DNA of 62,362 bases, filler included, from Stramenopiles sp. TOSAG23-6 (lineage: Eukaryota), in the NCBI GenBank assembly GCA_900128565.1. It is 12 parts of 12 records of this genome, joined end to end, with 100 filler letters (N's around TTAATTAATTAA, not from the genome) between each part and the next. Parts side by side here need not be neighbours in the genome. Positions count along the whole stretch, not along the records: positions 10,467 to 15,593 come from LT636972.1; positions 15,694 to 20,820 come from LT636973.1; positions 20,921 to 26,038 come from LT636974.1; 9 more parts are not named here. One strand, written 5' to 3'. The notes beneath the pieces were generated by a model. That model was given only the letters and a program-made list of their open reading frames with translations, made no database searches and was not told the origin of the DNA. This document shows, one piece after another, positions 11,831 to 24,070 of this stretch. Both the position numbers and the translations under genes were made by a program. How positions within the stretch are numbered: position 1 is the first letter of the stretch; each line of letters begins with the position of its first letter.

Positions 11831-14800
11831 CTACCGTTTACCTCGATATCTTAACCCAGAAGAAGTAGAAGACGCAGAAGAAACATTCTTACTTCCCGTC
11901 GAAGTAGACTTTGTTACATTTTCGGATGTACTACTTAATAATTCCGCTGCGGCAGCTTTCCGTCTACGCCAGTACATAAAGGCGCATCCTCCCCACACAA
12001 AAATATTTCCAGAACAGAAGATCAGTAAACCACCAAACACTTTAATAAATGTCATAAATACTGGCATTAAATCAGAAAGAGTGGTTGCCTTCGCACTTTC
12101 CATCATTGCTGAAAATATATCTGGAGAAAATACCCACGTACAGAACCTATCCCATACAAACGTACCAACTAATGCTAGAGAGACGAGATACATTACATGA
12201 AAACGAAATGCATCATCAGGAAATGGTTCCAAATGAATTAAACCATTTACATATGGGCTTACAGCCCACGCGCATGCACCCACGCCAGCAAAACATAAAA
12301 ATAACGACAAAAATAAAGCGTGATTTTCAATTGTACCTTTCATCCATGGTCTACCTTTGTAGTTTACAAATAAAACAGCAACGATTGATGATGTTTCTAC
12401 CAAAAATACGACTGTATTCATCAAATTTGGCATAAATGGACGTGACCACATAAACATAATATCTGCAAAAGGGTCGGCAGTTACATCTGTAATGTCAGAT
12501 TCTGAGGAATCCGATATTGCTTGGAGTGCATCATAATCATCATCATATGTCTTTGCAGCATTGCGATTGAAAGCAACCACAGCTTTTAATGCTTTTGGGC
12601 CCATTGCTTCTGTTGCTAGATGTACTGCTGAAACCATACAATACAAATGTATGCAGGCCTGGCCAATCATTGAAATAAATATTGTCGGGTGAAATAGTGA
12701 ATGCAATGGCCGTGTACGATGCATTTTATCTACAGGAGTTGCGTATGAAAAGGCTAAAGATGCAATCATAATAAGCCAAGACGAAGCCATCAACTGCCGT
12801 TCCGAACTTCGTGCACCTTCAAGTGATAAAGCTGAGAGAGTGTACGCTGAAATTATACATTCAAGCATCATATATAGTAAAAAAATATGTTTGAAGTTTG
12901 AATTTTGTTAGGCGCGTGACAAAATTGGACAACAAAAACAAATTAAAATTGGAATGAATGATGAAAACATACATGATCTGTTGCTGTTGAAGGGCACTAA
13001 GTAAAGTACAACGCCCTTGGCGAATAATATCAACAACCGTGCGAATCGTTGGCGTCCTTGAGGTAAAAGGAGCAGCCACTGATGCATCACCTGGGCGCAC
13101 AACAGGAAGCATACCTCCCATATCTTCCATATCACCTAAAGCATCCATTGGATTTCCAGAATCTGCTTTGTACACATTATTCTTCGAACCAAGTCTTCTT
13201 GATTCCATTTGCATTTCATTTTTGACTCGCAAAGTTACATTCTTTAAAGCAGTCAAATTTGCCATGAAACCTGTTTGCCCTTCTGCCGCAAGTCTTGCAA
13301 GTTCTTCTTCCAGCATTTCTTTTTGTTTTCCTGCCAATTCCTTTTGTTTTGTAGCGAGAATAGCTTTAGATTTTGCCTGCATCACCGCCTGGGAACGTTT
13401 TAAATCTTCGGCCTGTTTATTCAACTCATCTTCAGTACTTCCAGCACTATTTTCAATTTTGGATAATGATGTTTTATCATCTTTAGCTGTCGTTGTGTTG
13501 GCATTGCCGTACCCTGAAAGCAATGCTAGGCCAACATCAGCTTGTTTTAATGCACCAACGTCATTACCACCATCACCACACATAAGAACATGGTGACCTT
13601 TACGCCGCTGCATCTCACGAATAAGTATTGTGAAAAAATATTTCAGAAATTTGAAATTCGTTAGGTATGATATTTTAACTAAAAATAAATGAATTCATTA
13701 AAATAATCAAAACGTACAATCTTGGCTTTTCCTTGAGGAGACATTCGAGCAAATACTTGAATAGCATCAACATGATCCCACAACGTTCCACCACTTTTCT
13801 CTGCTGCCGCTAAGAGAACTTTTTCTGTTACAACCAAATTATTATGTTTTGCAAGTTCAGGAATTCCTAAAGCATTAAAGGGAACAGAAATACGTTCTGA
13901 TACATCACCCGTTGCAGAATTCCATGTAAATTGTTCACCAGTACTATCAACAGTCAATACCAATGACGAATAGCTATCCGTACCGATTTTAGATAAGACA
14001 TTCTTCTTAGAGTCACTTCCATTTTGTACAACATTGTCACGGCATATACCCACCTCTTTAGCAACATGAAGCGCTGTCAAAGGCGCATCACCTGTAATCA
14101 TTGCAACGGAATGGTCAGATTCACGCAAGGATCCTATTACTATACGCGAGTCTTTGCGAATCATACAAGTGAATGCAATAAAACCAGCGAAATGTAAATT
14201 GCTTTCTACCCACTCACGAGATGGACCATCACCACCTTCTGTACCGCATTCTCCCTTTGCACATTGTTTATAAGCGAGCGCAAGCACACGCATTCCATGT
14301 TCGGCAAGATGTCGATAACTCTCATCATACCAAGATGGAGCAGCGCCTTCAGCAAGTAATGATCGTAAAGCTTCAGGGGATCCTTTGACAAGACAATATT
14401 TACCACTGGAAAGGCCATTTTGGCGCCCCTCAACTTTACACACAACACTCATTCTCTGAAGCTTCGACGAGAAATGATACCGATGAAGTATCTTTGAAGA
14501 TGAAACAGCAGAATTTCGAGCTTTTTTTTCAACACTACAAATTTTATTACGAATATTATCTATATCCTTTTGTAAATCGGAAATTTGCATATTTTGTTCA
14601 GGAGTTGCAGGTGCATTACCCGATTTGATTAAATCATGTAAAGCCTTCAATTTTTCAGATACCATTTTTTCACGCTTTTTGAGATTAATTGTAGTACCAG
14701 GAGTAGCAGTGTTAGTATCTGCATTAAATTGCCATTGAACGCCTTTTAGAGCCGCGAGTTCTATAGGATCACCTACCATACCAACATCTTTAACCTTTAC

Positions 14801-15538
14801 CAAAGAGTGACACGATGCAAGAACTAATGCAGCCTCGGCGGATGATTCAGGTACTGGGCTAGTTTTACGAGGACATTTAGACACATCAAACTCTCCTGAC
14901 TTTTGTTTTGCTTTTCCTACCTTAAGATCAGGTTCTGAATTAACAGTAACTACACCAACAGGCGATAACGTATCCGTTGTAATTGTCCCAGTCTTATCAA
15001 ACAAACAATGTGAAACCTTTCCAGCATACGGAACTCGAAATGGCTCGGTGCAAAAAAGACCCGCTTTCGTGAGAGACATGAGGGCAGTATTTACAGCTAA
15101 TGCCATTTGCAGAGGAAGTCCTCGAGGAACGACAGATGTGATTATGTAATGAAGAAAAATATTTTGAGTTCGAAATTCGTTAGGTACAAAAACTTTGTTT
15201 TTTTTTTAATTGTTTTGGATTGTTTTTAATTGTTTTGGATTGTTTTGGATTGTTTTGAATTGTTTTGGATTGTTTTGGATTATTTTGGATTATTTTGGAT
15301 TAGGTGCAAAAAAAGTTTAGGTAAAAAAACATACATAATGACACATTTCAATAATAATTCATGTGTCGTTCGATCACCCTTTTCAAGTCCTTTCTTCAAG
15401 ACATATCCAGATGCAACTAAAGCAAAGAATAATAACAATAATAATGCTAAACCAATCTCTTTGGAATCTCCAGAGACTTTTTGAGTCGATGCAAACTCAA
15501 TCATCTGCATTAACTCACCTTGCGATGAACTGAACCCG
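11831..15538 (-). CDS. ATP13A1: P5A-type cation-transporting ATPase (ATP13A1/Spf1 family), 5' part missing; exons 15538-15335, 15143-13718, 13622-12973, 12869-11831
   Basis: DKTGT phosphorylation motif, TSVVPRGLP, KGSPE, MITGD, ARMSPQGK, MCGDGGNDVGALKQA, GDASVAAPFTS, IIRQGRCTL. Intact only when three non-AG introns are removed. Confidence 0.93.
12870..12972 (-). mobile_element. Intron-family copy, GT-AT (upstream exon ends AT)
   Basis: Removal restores ALQQQQI-M-MLECIISAY; body is diverged but keeps CCTAAC. Confidence 0.85.
13623..13717 (-). mobile_element. Intron-family copy, GT-TT (upstream exon ends TT)
   Basis: Removal of GTACGT..CACAATACTT restores ARMSPQGKAKI-IREMQ. Confidence 0.85.
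15144..15334 (-). mobile_element. Intron-family copy, GT-AT, expanded by a 10-bp tandem repeat (about 15210-15301)
   Basis: Removal restores LLKCVI-I-ITSVVP; internal (TTGTTTTGGA)n on the + strand. Confidence 0.88.
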
Positions 15539-15766
15539 GTGTATTTTGGAAAAATATTTCAAAAAAAAATTCGTTAGGTACAAAATTTCGTACNNNNNNN
15601 NNNNNNNNNNNNNNNNNNNNNNNNNNNNNNNNNNNNNTTAATTAATTAANNNNNNNNNNNNNNNNNNNNNNNNNNNNNNNNNNNNNNNNNNNNTTTCAAA
15701 AAAAAATCGTTAGGTACAAAATTTCGTATGAAAAATAAATTCGAAATTGAAAAAAAATAAAACATA

Positions 15767-17763
15767 CATCCGACTTGATCATGAGATAACAGCATTAAAT
15801 TACCACGCAGATCATCTAAACATACATTTGGACAATCTTCAGATTCCATCTTTGCACGCAAGGCAAGGACTACCAATTGTTCCTTATTCGGAACAGCATC
15901 AATACGAGATCTGCCAATCTTCATACCATTGTTTTGTTGTTGATGAAATAATCCACTTCCACCTCGTCCTCTGGACATTGGCATCATCTTATCATTACCA
16001 CCATTTCTATACCCACCTCGTACACCACCTCCGTCTCCTCCAATATGACTCCCTTTTTGACGACCATTCATATTTCGATTTGTGTGATAATTAATTCGTT
16101 GATTTTGAATACCAAAGCCCTGCAATGTAAAACATTCAAAAAAATAAATCGTTAGATACAAATGATTTTTTTACACTTTGTATGAAAAAAAATAGGTACA
16201 AAAATTAGGTACAAATTCATGGTGCAAACATACATACACAGGTTTTCTACTTCCTACGTGTTGTGAGCCCATACGCATTTCCATTTCACATTGGTTTTCG
16301 TATTGCACTTCAGATATATCCAACATTGAACCAAGAGAGTTCCAATGAGGTGAAATTTGTTGTGATTGTTGTGATGGAAAGTGCATTCGAGAATTATTAG
16401 GTTGAAGGTATTGTATTGGCATGCTTTGCATTGGCAAGTTTTGCATCGGAACATGTGTGTTCATCATTGAGTTACCATTTAACATCCTATTTCCATTAAA
16501 ATAATCTGAAACTGGTGGTGGCGTACTAGACAAAGGAGAATTCATCGAATGATAATGAGACATCACATGGGGGTGAGGTACAAATGATGTTGGCGTTGGA
16601 GAGCTGGGTGTTCCCATATATTGAAAGATAGGCGAAGAAGGGTTAAATTCTGATTTCCATGGAGGACAAAATTTGTGTGAAACATTTTTATCGGTTTGCG
16701 TTTTCAGGGGAGGAAGTATCTCCCCAACCTCGCCTTTCTCTGCAGGTTTCGTGTTTATCTCCCCAACCTCGCCTTCCTCTGCAGGTTTCGTGTTTTTTGT
16801 ATTACTTTCACCAGGTTGGTCACTAGTGTGCTGCCATTGATCTTTATTGACATTACCTTCGGATTGTGGATTTGTTTGATTATTTACTACTACTTTACAT
16901 TGATCTTTACTTTGGTCGTGGTCGTCCAATGATTCTGGAAAATTAACCGAATCCGAATCTTGACAAGTCAAATCCTGTAAATCATCTGGTACCCCCAGAG
17001 CTGCTTCGTTTTGCTCAGTTAAACTCCGAGTCCTTGGAGGTAGAAACATTGCAGTTTCTTCAGTCATTTTTCGTGGACGAGAAACCACAGTTGACGTGGT
17101 TTCGCTTGACTTCTCTTCATCGACGTGGACAGGGATTTCAGTTTTTCCTGTTAAACTTCTAGATCTTGAAGGGAGAAATGACTTCTTGGGTGGAATAGTG
17201 TTAGTATGCGATTGCCTTCTAACATGAACATTTCGAATGCTGGGTCTAACCTTAGATTTAGTGGCATCTTGATGCAGGCTTCGAGACCTTCGTACTGTTT
17301 GCTGAGACTTCTGCTCTTTGAAACGTTGCTGGTTTCTATTTGTTCGAGCATCAAACATTGCAGTCTTCCTATTCAAATGAGCCTGGTTAACAGCCTTCTT
17401 CAATGGAGATGTATTGCTGTCTCTTCGTTTTTTTGTGAAATTCCGTTGTACTTTTTGCCACACTCGTGAACCAACAGTCGGAGAAGACTCTAGGCCATCA
17501 GACCCTTCGGGATTTTGTTTTTCAGTTCCTTCGCGTTTCTGTTTTTCAGTCATAGGAGCACTTTCACGAACCATCTTTTGGGGATGCACACTTGTCACTC
17601 GTTTTGTACCAAAAGCAATACTTTGACAATTGTTCTGAAAGGGCGTAAAATTTTCTCGAGAGTTGACGTTTCTCTTTGTTGGCTTTTCCTGCATTTCTTT
17701 GCAGACAGTATTATTTTCTGATAACGAAGGCAAACTAGTCACCGTTTCCCTGCAAGTCGCCAT
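15767..17763 (-). CDS. Pumilio/PUF RNA-binding protein, long low-complexity N-terminus; truncated at contig end
   Basis: Second exon ends LRGNLMLLSHDQVG(C), the start of a first Pumilio repeat; GT-AG intron at about 16120-16233. Confidence 0.7.
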
Positions 17764-18203
17764 TACGATTAGAGATCACCAATTACCAATAGATTGCTTC
17801 TTCTGGATCAATGTCTATAACATTCGTTTTTTTTGCTTTTAATCCAATATAAATTTCTTTTTGTTGTGAAAGAAACTTCAGTGATAGTAGCAGAATCCAA
17901 TACCTCTTCAGATGAATATGACACGATTGTGTGACCACCACTCAAAGTGATTGGCTTTCTGATTCTGAAACGAATACCACGTGTATACGTGTCATCATCG
18001 AACACGAAATGAGGAAAAAAATAGCCCTAACCCTAACTACTATATAGGCCAAACTTCTTTGCTATTGTGGCCGATATTTTTGCAATTTCGAAATTGTTTT
18101 TGGTTATATACAGTTTATCAGCTTTTGAAAAACAGTAAGAAACTGCTGATATTTATACATTTCCCATTTATATTTATTTTTGTGTTTTATTATTGTCCCC
18201 AAA

Positions 18204-19061
18204 ATGTCAAGCGAATATAATCTTTTGATCGTGGGCGCTGGTGTTTTAGGAAAAATAGTTGGTACACGTTGGCTTGAGAGACATCGAAGTGCCGAGGTTT
18301 GTGCGGTGACTACAACAGATAAAACACATCCTGAGTTATCACGACTTGGTTTTAAGCCTTTCACTTCAGCAGAACTATATGGTGTACAACCCGTAGAAAA
18401 ATATCCATATATCGTGTTCTGTGCGCCTCCTGGAGGCTCAACTGGTAATTCATATGTTAATTCAGTACGTTTGTGTAGTGAGTTATGGAGTGGCAGTGGT
18501 GCATTTGTTTTTACGTCATCTATTGGGGTATATGGAGAAAATAATGGTGCTACTGTACATGAAAATAGTGATTTCAAGTCTACAGTAAGAGCTAAGCAAT
18601 TATTAGAATGTGAACGTTTGGTGCAGTCCGTTGGAGGCACAGCCATTCGATTAGCAGGTTTGTACTCAGTTTCACGTGGTCCTCACGCGTATTATTTTCG
18701 CCATGGGAAAGTGAATGGTTCAAAGATGGATATATTGAATATGATTCACTATGATGACGCAGCTGCCGCTGTGGTATCAGTATTTGAATCTTCTTCGAAA
18801 GCGAGTTTGAAGTCAGAAGTGTTTCATATATCAGATGGTCATCCACTATCAAAATTTGATATTTGTAAGAGTGCTTCGCATTTATTTGGCGGGGAAAAAA
18901 TGTTCCCAACTTTTATTCAAAGAGAAAACGAATCGAGTAGTAGTAGTGAAGTGTCTCCATCAGGGAAAATATTGGATTTGAGAAAGAGCTCTGAACTTCT
19001 ACCTGCATTTCGCTTACAACATCGAAGTTTTGTCAGTTCAATGGAAAAAGTGAAGCAATAA
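18204..19061 (+). CDS. NAD(P)-binding Rossmann protein, atypical SDR/epimerase family
   Basis: LLIVGAGVLG, FVFTSSIGVYG, RLAGLY and IHYDDAA motifs. Confidence 0.85.
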   Translation: MSSEYNLLIVGAGVLGKIVGTRWLERHRSAEVCAVTTTDKTHPELSRLGFKPFTSAELYGVQPVEKYPYIVFCAPPGGSTGNSYVNSVRLCSELWSGSGAFVFTSSIGVYGENNGATVHENSDFKSTVRAKQLLECERLVQSVGGTAIRLAGLYSVSRGPHAYYFRHGKVNGSKMDILNMIHYDDAAAAVVSVFESSSKASLKSEVFHISDGHPLSKFDICKSASHLFGGEKMFPTFIQRENESSSSSEVSPSGKILDLRKSSELLPAFRLQHRSFVSSMEKVKQ

Positions 19062-19303
19062 ATCTATAAGTGTGGAACTCTTTCAATATTATTTCAATAT
19101 AAAATAAGAATGAATAATTTGTTTCATATCTATCATTGCTTGTAGTTGATCATCTTCATTTGAAATTTGACTTCTCTTTTTGAAAATACATTAAGTTTTC
19201 TAGGGCTAGTGCAAAAAAAATTAGCTCTTTGACAAAACACGATAAAAAAAAAANGTNACAANTGCAAAGCTATACTTTATATACAATGCTACATACTGTA
19301 TTT

Positions 19304-19696
19304 TTAATAATTCAGATCGTTGCAAGGTGGTCGTATCCATATTTTCTTGTTGTGATAAACACTTGCCCCCGCTTTCCAACCAGGTACTTCCTTCATAATT
19401 TCAGTCTCAAGCTCTTTAGCTTTTTGACTCGCCTGTATAAATCTGACATCTTCTTCGGCTTGTAAATATGGAGCTAACGATAATCTTAGCTCCCTTCTTT
19501 CATGAGCAATACTTCTCCGATCCATGTTTGAATGGTGTACTCTATACATGCCAGTAGTAATCGCTAAAGCGCACCCAGCCCAAATTACAGCGCCAGGGAC
19601 ACGTTTTGGTACCTTCCGAGCGAAATTAAGCTGAGGATAACCACCTTTGGGAGGTCCATCTTGAATGGGCCTCCCGAATTCCTGAGGGGATGCCAT
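19304..19696 (-). CDS. NDUFA13: Complex I subunit NDUFA13/GRIM-19
   Basis: QDGPPKGGY, one TM helix, LAPYLQAEED, MKEVPGWKAGASVY. Confidence 0.93.
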   Translation of the reverse strand: MASPQEFGRPIQDGPPKGGYPQLNFARKVPKRVPGAVIWAGCALAITTGMYRVHHSNMDRRSIAHERRELRLSLAPYLQAEEDVRFIQASQKAKELETEIMKEVPGWKAGASVYHNKKIWIRPPCNDLNY

Positions 19697-20028
19697 TCTA
19701 AGGCTATATGAAATAAATAGGTCTTTCTGCTGACGAGGTGTGTGCTTCTGTAAACAATACACGTCGTACTACACACTAGTAGAGGATAATAAAATCACTT
19801 CGAGTCTTCGACTTTGACCTTCGAGAANGTCGCGAAAAAAAAAANCACGAAAANTCGAATCTACAGATTCTACACGTTATAATAGGCTAGGGTTGGGGGT
19901 TATTAAATTTGAAATTCAAATTTCAAATTGAAATTATCGGATCGATCTCCACTAGTCACATTTTTTGCTTCGATTCGAAATTGATTGACAGAAGAAGGCC
20001 ACACATTAAAAATATACAAATTCGCACG

Positions 20029-20761
20029 ATGTCGTTAGATGGCATTTCTTTGGAGCCTAGCTTAGATATTCGGAATGCTTGCAATGAAACTCCAATAATA
20101 CGAGAACTTGAGCATGAAATAGAAACAGCGCTTCATTGTAAAGACCTATTGTCACGAGATTTTTTGCTTGAATTTTCTTCAGAGAACCTCGCAGCTTTTA
20201 GAGAACATTCTTCTTCTTATCTTCATCGTGAACCAACTGAAGAATTTGAAAACCTTGTGAATATATTCACCGATTCTGGAGGTCAGATCGTTTTTGGTCC
20301 TTCAGAAGAAGAGTTTGAAGAAAATCCTAGTTGCTTCCGGTGTGATATCAAAGCAACAGATCTGGTTTTTCCAATTTGTCACGAGGGAGTCAATCGTTCA
20401 CAGATAATGTATCTAGTTCTTTGTTGTATAAAGCGCATATTAATTCACAATGCAGAAGAAAATTCAAATGTGGACAGTGACGATAAAATTGAGTCTAAGT
20501 CAGCTTCCCTCGGTGTCGTACTTCCTCATGGCGCTGGTATTTTCTTTCTTCTATCCTAGGTTTTATAATATTTTATAATGTCACTGTTTATTTTATATTT
20601 GTTTTATAATTGACACATTTTACACATTTCTAAAAGTGGTTTTGACCCATATGTTGGTTATGAGAATTTGACAGAGGATAATTTTTTTGCCTACACTCAT
20701 GGAATTTCGAGACCTATCACTGATTCAGGCGAGTGGCTTCATAGATGCTTTCGTAACACAT
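20029..20761 (+). CDS. Hypothetical protein, multi-exon, 3' end missing
   Basis: ORF with FPICHEGVNRSQ; a second exon runs from about 20636 to 20761, then an intron-family donor. Confidence 0.6.
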
Positions 20762-20920
20762 GTACGTTTTATTTTTTTTCAATTTCGAATTTATTTTTCG
20801 TACGAAATTTTGTACCTAACNNNNNNNNNNNNNNNNNNNNNNNNNNNNNNNNNNNNNNNNNNNNTTAATTAATTAANNNNNNNNNNNNNNNNNNNNNNNN
20901 NNNNNNNNNNNNNNNNNNNN

Positions 20921-21653
20921 ATCCCTGTCTTACATGTATTTCGGAAAAATATTTCAAAAAAAAAATCGTTAGGTACAAATTTTCGTACGAAAAAAAAATT
21001 CGAAATTGAAAAAAAATAAAACGTACATGTATTGGTGCTTTTTGTTTCACTTTGCAAATAACACCTTGGGTTGAGCATGCTCGACCTTGAATTTGTGTAC
21101 ACATGAAAGCACCTAAATTATAATGAACACAAAAATCCCAAATTGCTTTGACGTGTGCTTCACCAGCATAGAGATGAAGTGTTCCCATATTCCCCCCCTG
21201 GTTTTGATCTTTTATTGGTAGTTTAAGCAATAGTTTACAATCTACATGTTGACACATATGGTGTAAAATTTGCTCACACAAATTCAAAGCTAATTGGTGT
21301 CCAGCACAGAATGACTGTACAACTCCAGGCGTTTCGTCTCCTGTCCAAACACGAACACTTGCGTTTAGATCTTTAATTGGTATAGTTCTTTCAGCACGGC
21401 AACGCAAGTTGGTATTTTCCGTACACATTTTATGTAATATCATATCACAATACTCATAGGATAGTTCATTTTTCGAACAAAAGTTACGTACAGTTTTAAC
21501 TGGTGGTTGGCCTTTAAACACTTGCACAGTTCCAATCACGACATTATCTTCACCCCTGATGGGTATATGCACTAATAAATTCGGATCATTAAGAATAGCG
21601 GTAGCGTGGCGAATAGCTATGAGAAAAAATACCCCATAAAAGTGAGGAAACAT
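20921..21653 (-). CDS. Secreted protein with repeated ~55-aa Cys-containing modules; GT-AT intron 20934-21026; truncated
   Basis: Signal-like N-terminus and three FC..(x8)C..I...(M)C modules. Confidence 0.65.
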
Positions 21654-22032
21654 TCTAGATTTGAGGGAAGTTGATCAAGCTAAGAAGTTTCTTGAAATAA
21701 AAAAGATCTTAATACTACTGTCTACAGTCTACGCGGACACAACAGAAGAAAAGATCTCGACCAACTCACAAAAATAACGCTCAGAAATAATTTTTTTTTT
21801 CAAATTTTTATTCGAGAATGATTCAATTATTATTTCTTTCTATTCAGTATATATTAGGTACGAAATTTGTATACGGCTCGCAAAAGTCTTGATTTACCTG
21901 CGCTGTCTTCGCAACGAACACTAAAGATAATTCTACCTACAGTACTCCTCCTCTGGCGATACTCCTTCACGGCTCCCTATTGCTTTAATCTCCAACTGCT
22001 GCATTGTAATTACTTTTTAATTATCATACATT

Positions 22033-23838
22033 ATGGGGGAACCATCTTTAAGCACTAAACGTGGTGCAGACGATTCTCATGATGTTCCTCCTTCAAAGCG
22101 AACGAGAATAAATGAAACTTCTGATTTTGACGCGAACCCTCTAGGTGGTTCCAGCGGCATTGATGACGCTGTGAAAAATGCTCTCGCAATGGCTATGAAG
22201 ATCAATTCTAGTCAGAAAAAACGAGGAATAACCCAAAAGATTTTCGTACCAACTGATGGAAAAAGAAACTATCGTGGTCTTCTAATTGGTCCGAAAGGCG
22301 CAACTCTGAGGGGCATGGAAGAAACTTCTGGTTGTCGTATTATGATTCGCGGCAAAGGGTCTAGTAAAACTGAGACCGATTCTGATGAACCCATGAATGT
22401 CGTCATAGATGGTGATACACAGGAAAAAGTTGATCACGCGGCAATGCTTGTGAATAACTTGATTAACAATGTCGGTGGAACAGCAGACTCTTTGAAGGTT
22501 GCTCAACTTCATTCCGTTAAAGAAAGTTTCAATAAAGAATTCCAGCAAACTGGCTTTTCTCATAATGGTGATATTTCCGTAGATGTATTGATCCCTGAAA
22601 GGATGGTGGGATATATTATTGGTCGTGGTGGTGAAAATATCCGTAGTCTTCAGGCAAGATCTCTCGCACATGTCCAGGTTAAAAAACCTGAAGAAAATGG
22701 TTGTGTAGGAGACAAACGAAAAGTCGTCTGTACGGGAACTCAAGACTCTGTTAATATTGCTCGCAACTTGATTGAAGCATTGCTAGCTGAACGTGGGGAT
22801 AATGGTGCACCTAGTCGTGGTGGTGAGTGCCGTCGAGATTATTTGCTCCCTAACAACCATGTAGGAATAATCATTGGTAAGCGTGGTGAGACGATCAAAG
22901 GGATTCAAGCTCGAACCAGAACAAACGTCAAAATTCCGTCTGACTGTATCCCAGGAATGCAAAATGAAAATGGGCAAATGTTACGCAGGGTTCACATTAC
23001 TGGACCAACTGAAGAAATGATTGATGCTGCTTTTGAGGAAATGGACGCTCTCTGTGCATCTGATATGGGATCTGGGACAAATGGCAGTCAAACGCAAATT
23101 TATAATCGGCCTGCCAATGCTCCCCCTGATGATACAGTAACTATACCCGACAACAAAGTGGGTATTATTATAGGAAGACAAGGTGCAATGATTAAATGTC
23201 TTCAACAGGTTACTCGAACGGATATTCAAATACCAAATGAAAAAGACACGGGATCTTATCCTCCAACGAGAACTTTGGAAATTTGGGGAACAAACCCAGA
23301 ATCAGTAAAAGAAGTGAAACAAATCATGTTGGATTTAGCATCAGAAGATAGAGTACATCGTCAGCGTGCACAGGAAGCTCTTGGTGTAGGCCGAAACAAT
23401 CTTGGTACACCTGGTGAATATTCCAGACGCGGTGAGGGAGCTAATTTCTATGCAGGATTTGCGCAAGGGCAGGAACGACAGGCTGACGAGCCATATCGTT
23501 ATAATGGTGGTCCTGCTGCTGGTGGCGGTTATGGCCAACAACAATACGGAGGTGGACAGCAGTATGGAAACCAATACGAGCAGCAACCGGTTAGTTCTGA
23601 GCAACATAAAGCTGCTTGGGCTGCATATTACGCACAACAGTCCGCACAACAGGCTGGCGCAGGATCGTATGGAAATCAACAACAGCAGCAACACTCCCCA
23701 CAAGCATCTAATCAACAACAATACGGCCAAGCACCTGCTGCAAACCAAACTCCAGACGAAGCTGCTGCTGCTCATAAAGCTGCTTGGGATGCATATTATG
23801 CTCAGCAAGCTCAGTTGAACGGAAATGCTCAGCAATAA
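22033..23838 (+). CDS. Multi-KH RNA-binding protein: SF1/BBP-like first KH plus three FUBP/KSRP-type KH domains and AWxxYY repeats
   Basis: GLLIGPKG..IMIRGKGS, GYIIGRGGE, GIIIGKRGE, GIIIGRQG; C-terminal AAWAAYY and AAWDAYY. Confidence 0.88.
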   Translation: MGEPSLSTKRGADDSHDVPPSKRTRINETSDFDANPLGGSSGIDDAVKNALAMAMKINSSQKKRGITQKIFVPTDGKRNYRGLLIGPKGATLRGMEETSGCRIMIRGKGSSKTETDSDEPMNVVIDGDTQEKVDHAAMLVNNLINNVGGTADSLKVAQLHSVKESFNKEFQQTGFSHNGDISVDVLIPERMVGYIIGRGGENIRSLQARSLAHVQVKKPEENGCVGDKRKVVCTGTQDSVNIARNLIEALLAERGDNGAPSRGGECRRDYLLPNNHVGIIIGKRGETIKGIQARTRTNVKIPSDCIPGMQNENGQMLRRVHITGPTEEMIDAAFEEMDALCASDMGSGTNGSQTQIYNRPANAPPDDTVTIPDNKVGIIIGRQGAMIKCLQQVTRTDIQIPNEKDTGSYPPTRTLEIWGTNPESVKEVKQIMLDLASEDRVHRQRAQEALGVGRNNLGTPGEYSRRGEGANFYAGFAQGQERQADEPYRYNGGPAAGGGYGQQQYGGGQQYGNQYEQQPVSSEQHKAAWAAYYAQQSAQQAGAGSYGNQQQQQHSPQASNQQQYGQAPAANQTPDEAAAAHKAAWDAYYAQQAQLNGNAQQ

Positions 23839-24070
23839 TTATTGTTTAAGTCGTGTGTGGTTGAACAAGTTGGTTTAAAGGTATTACCAAGTTTTGAAAA
23901 TAAAAAAATTTATCTCATTATTATTTTTAAAAATGAATATATCATTTTTATTTTCAAAAAATTTTGAAACATTACCCAAAAAAATGGTAAAACACTCATC
24001 TTTTTATTATCATTAGCTGCTTAAAAAAGTATGGCGAAACACTTCATTATCATCAAGCTGCATTCAGAAT

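Noticed and set aside
20538-20636. Intron apparently ending TA
   Set aside because: It lacks the family motifs and the junction cannot be fixed; a one-base error would make it canonical.
23341-23835. Long antisense and alternate-frame ORFs (also 13039-13596, 18104-18646, 47635-48105, 53859-54248, 58528-59073)
   Set aside because: Shadow ORFs of well-supported genes or of low-complexity sequence.
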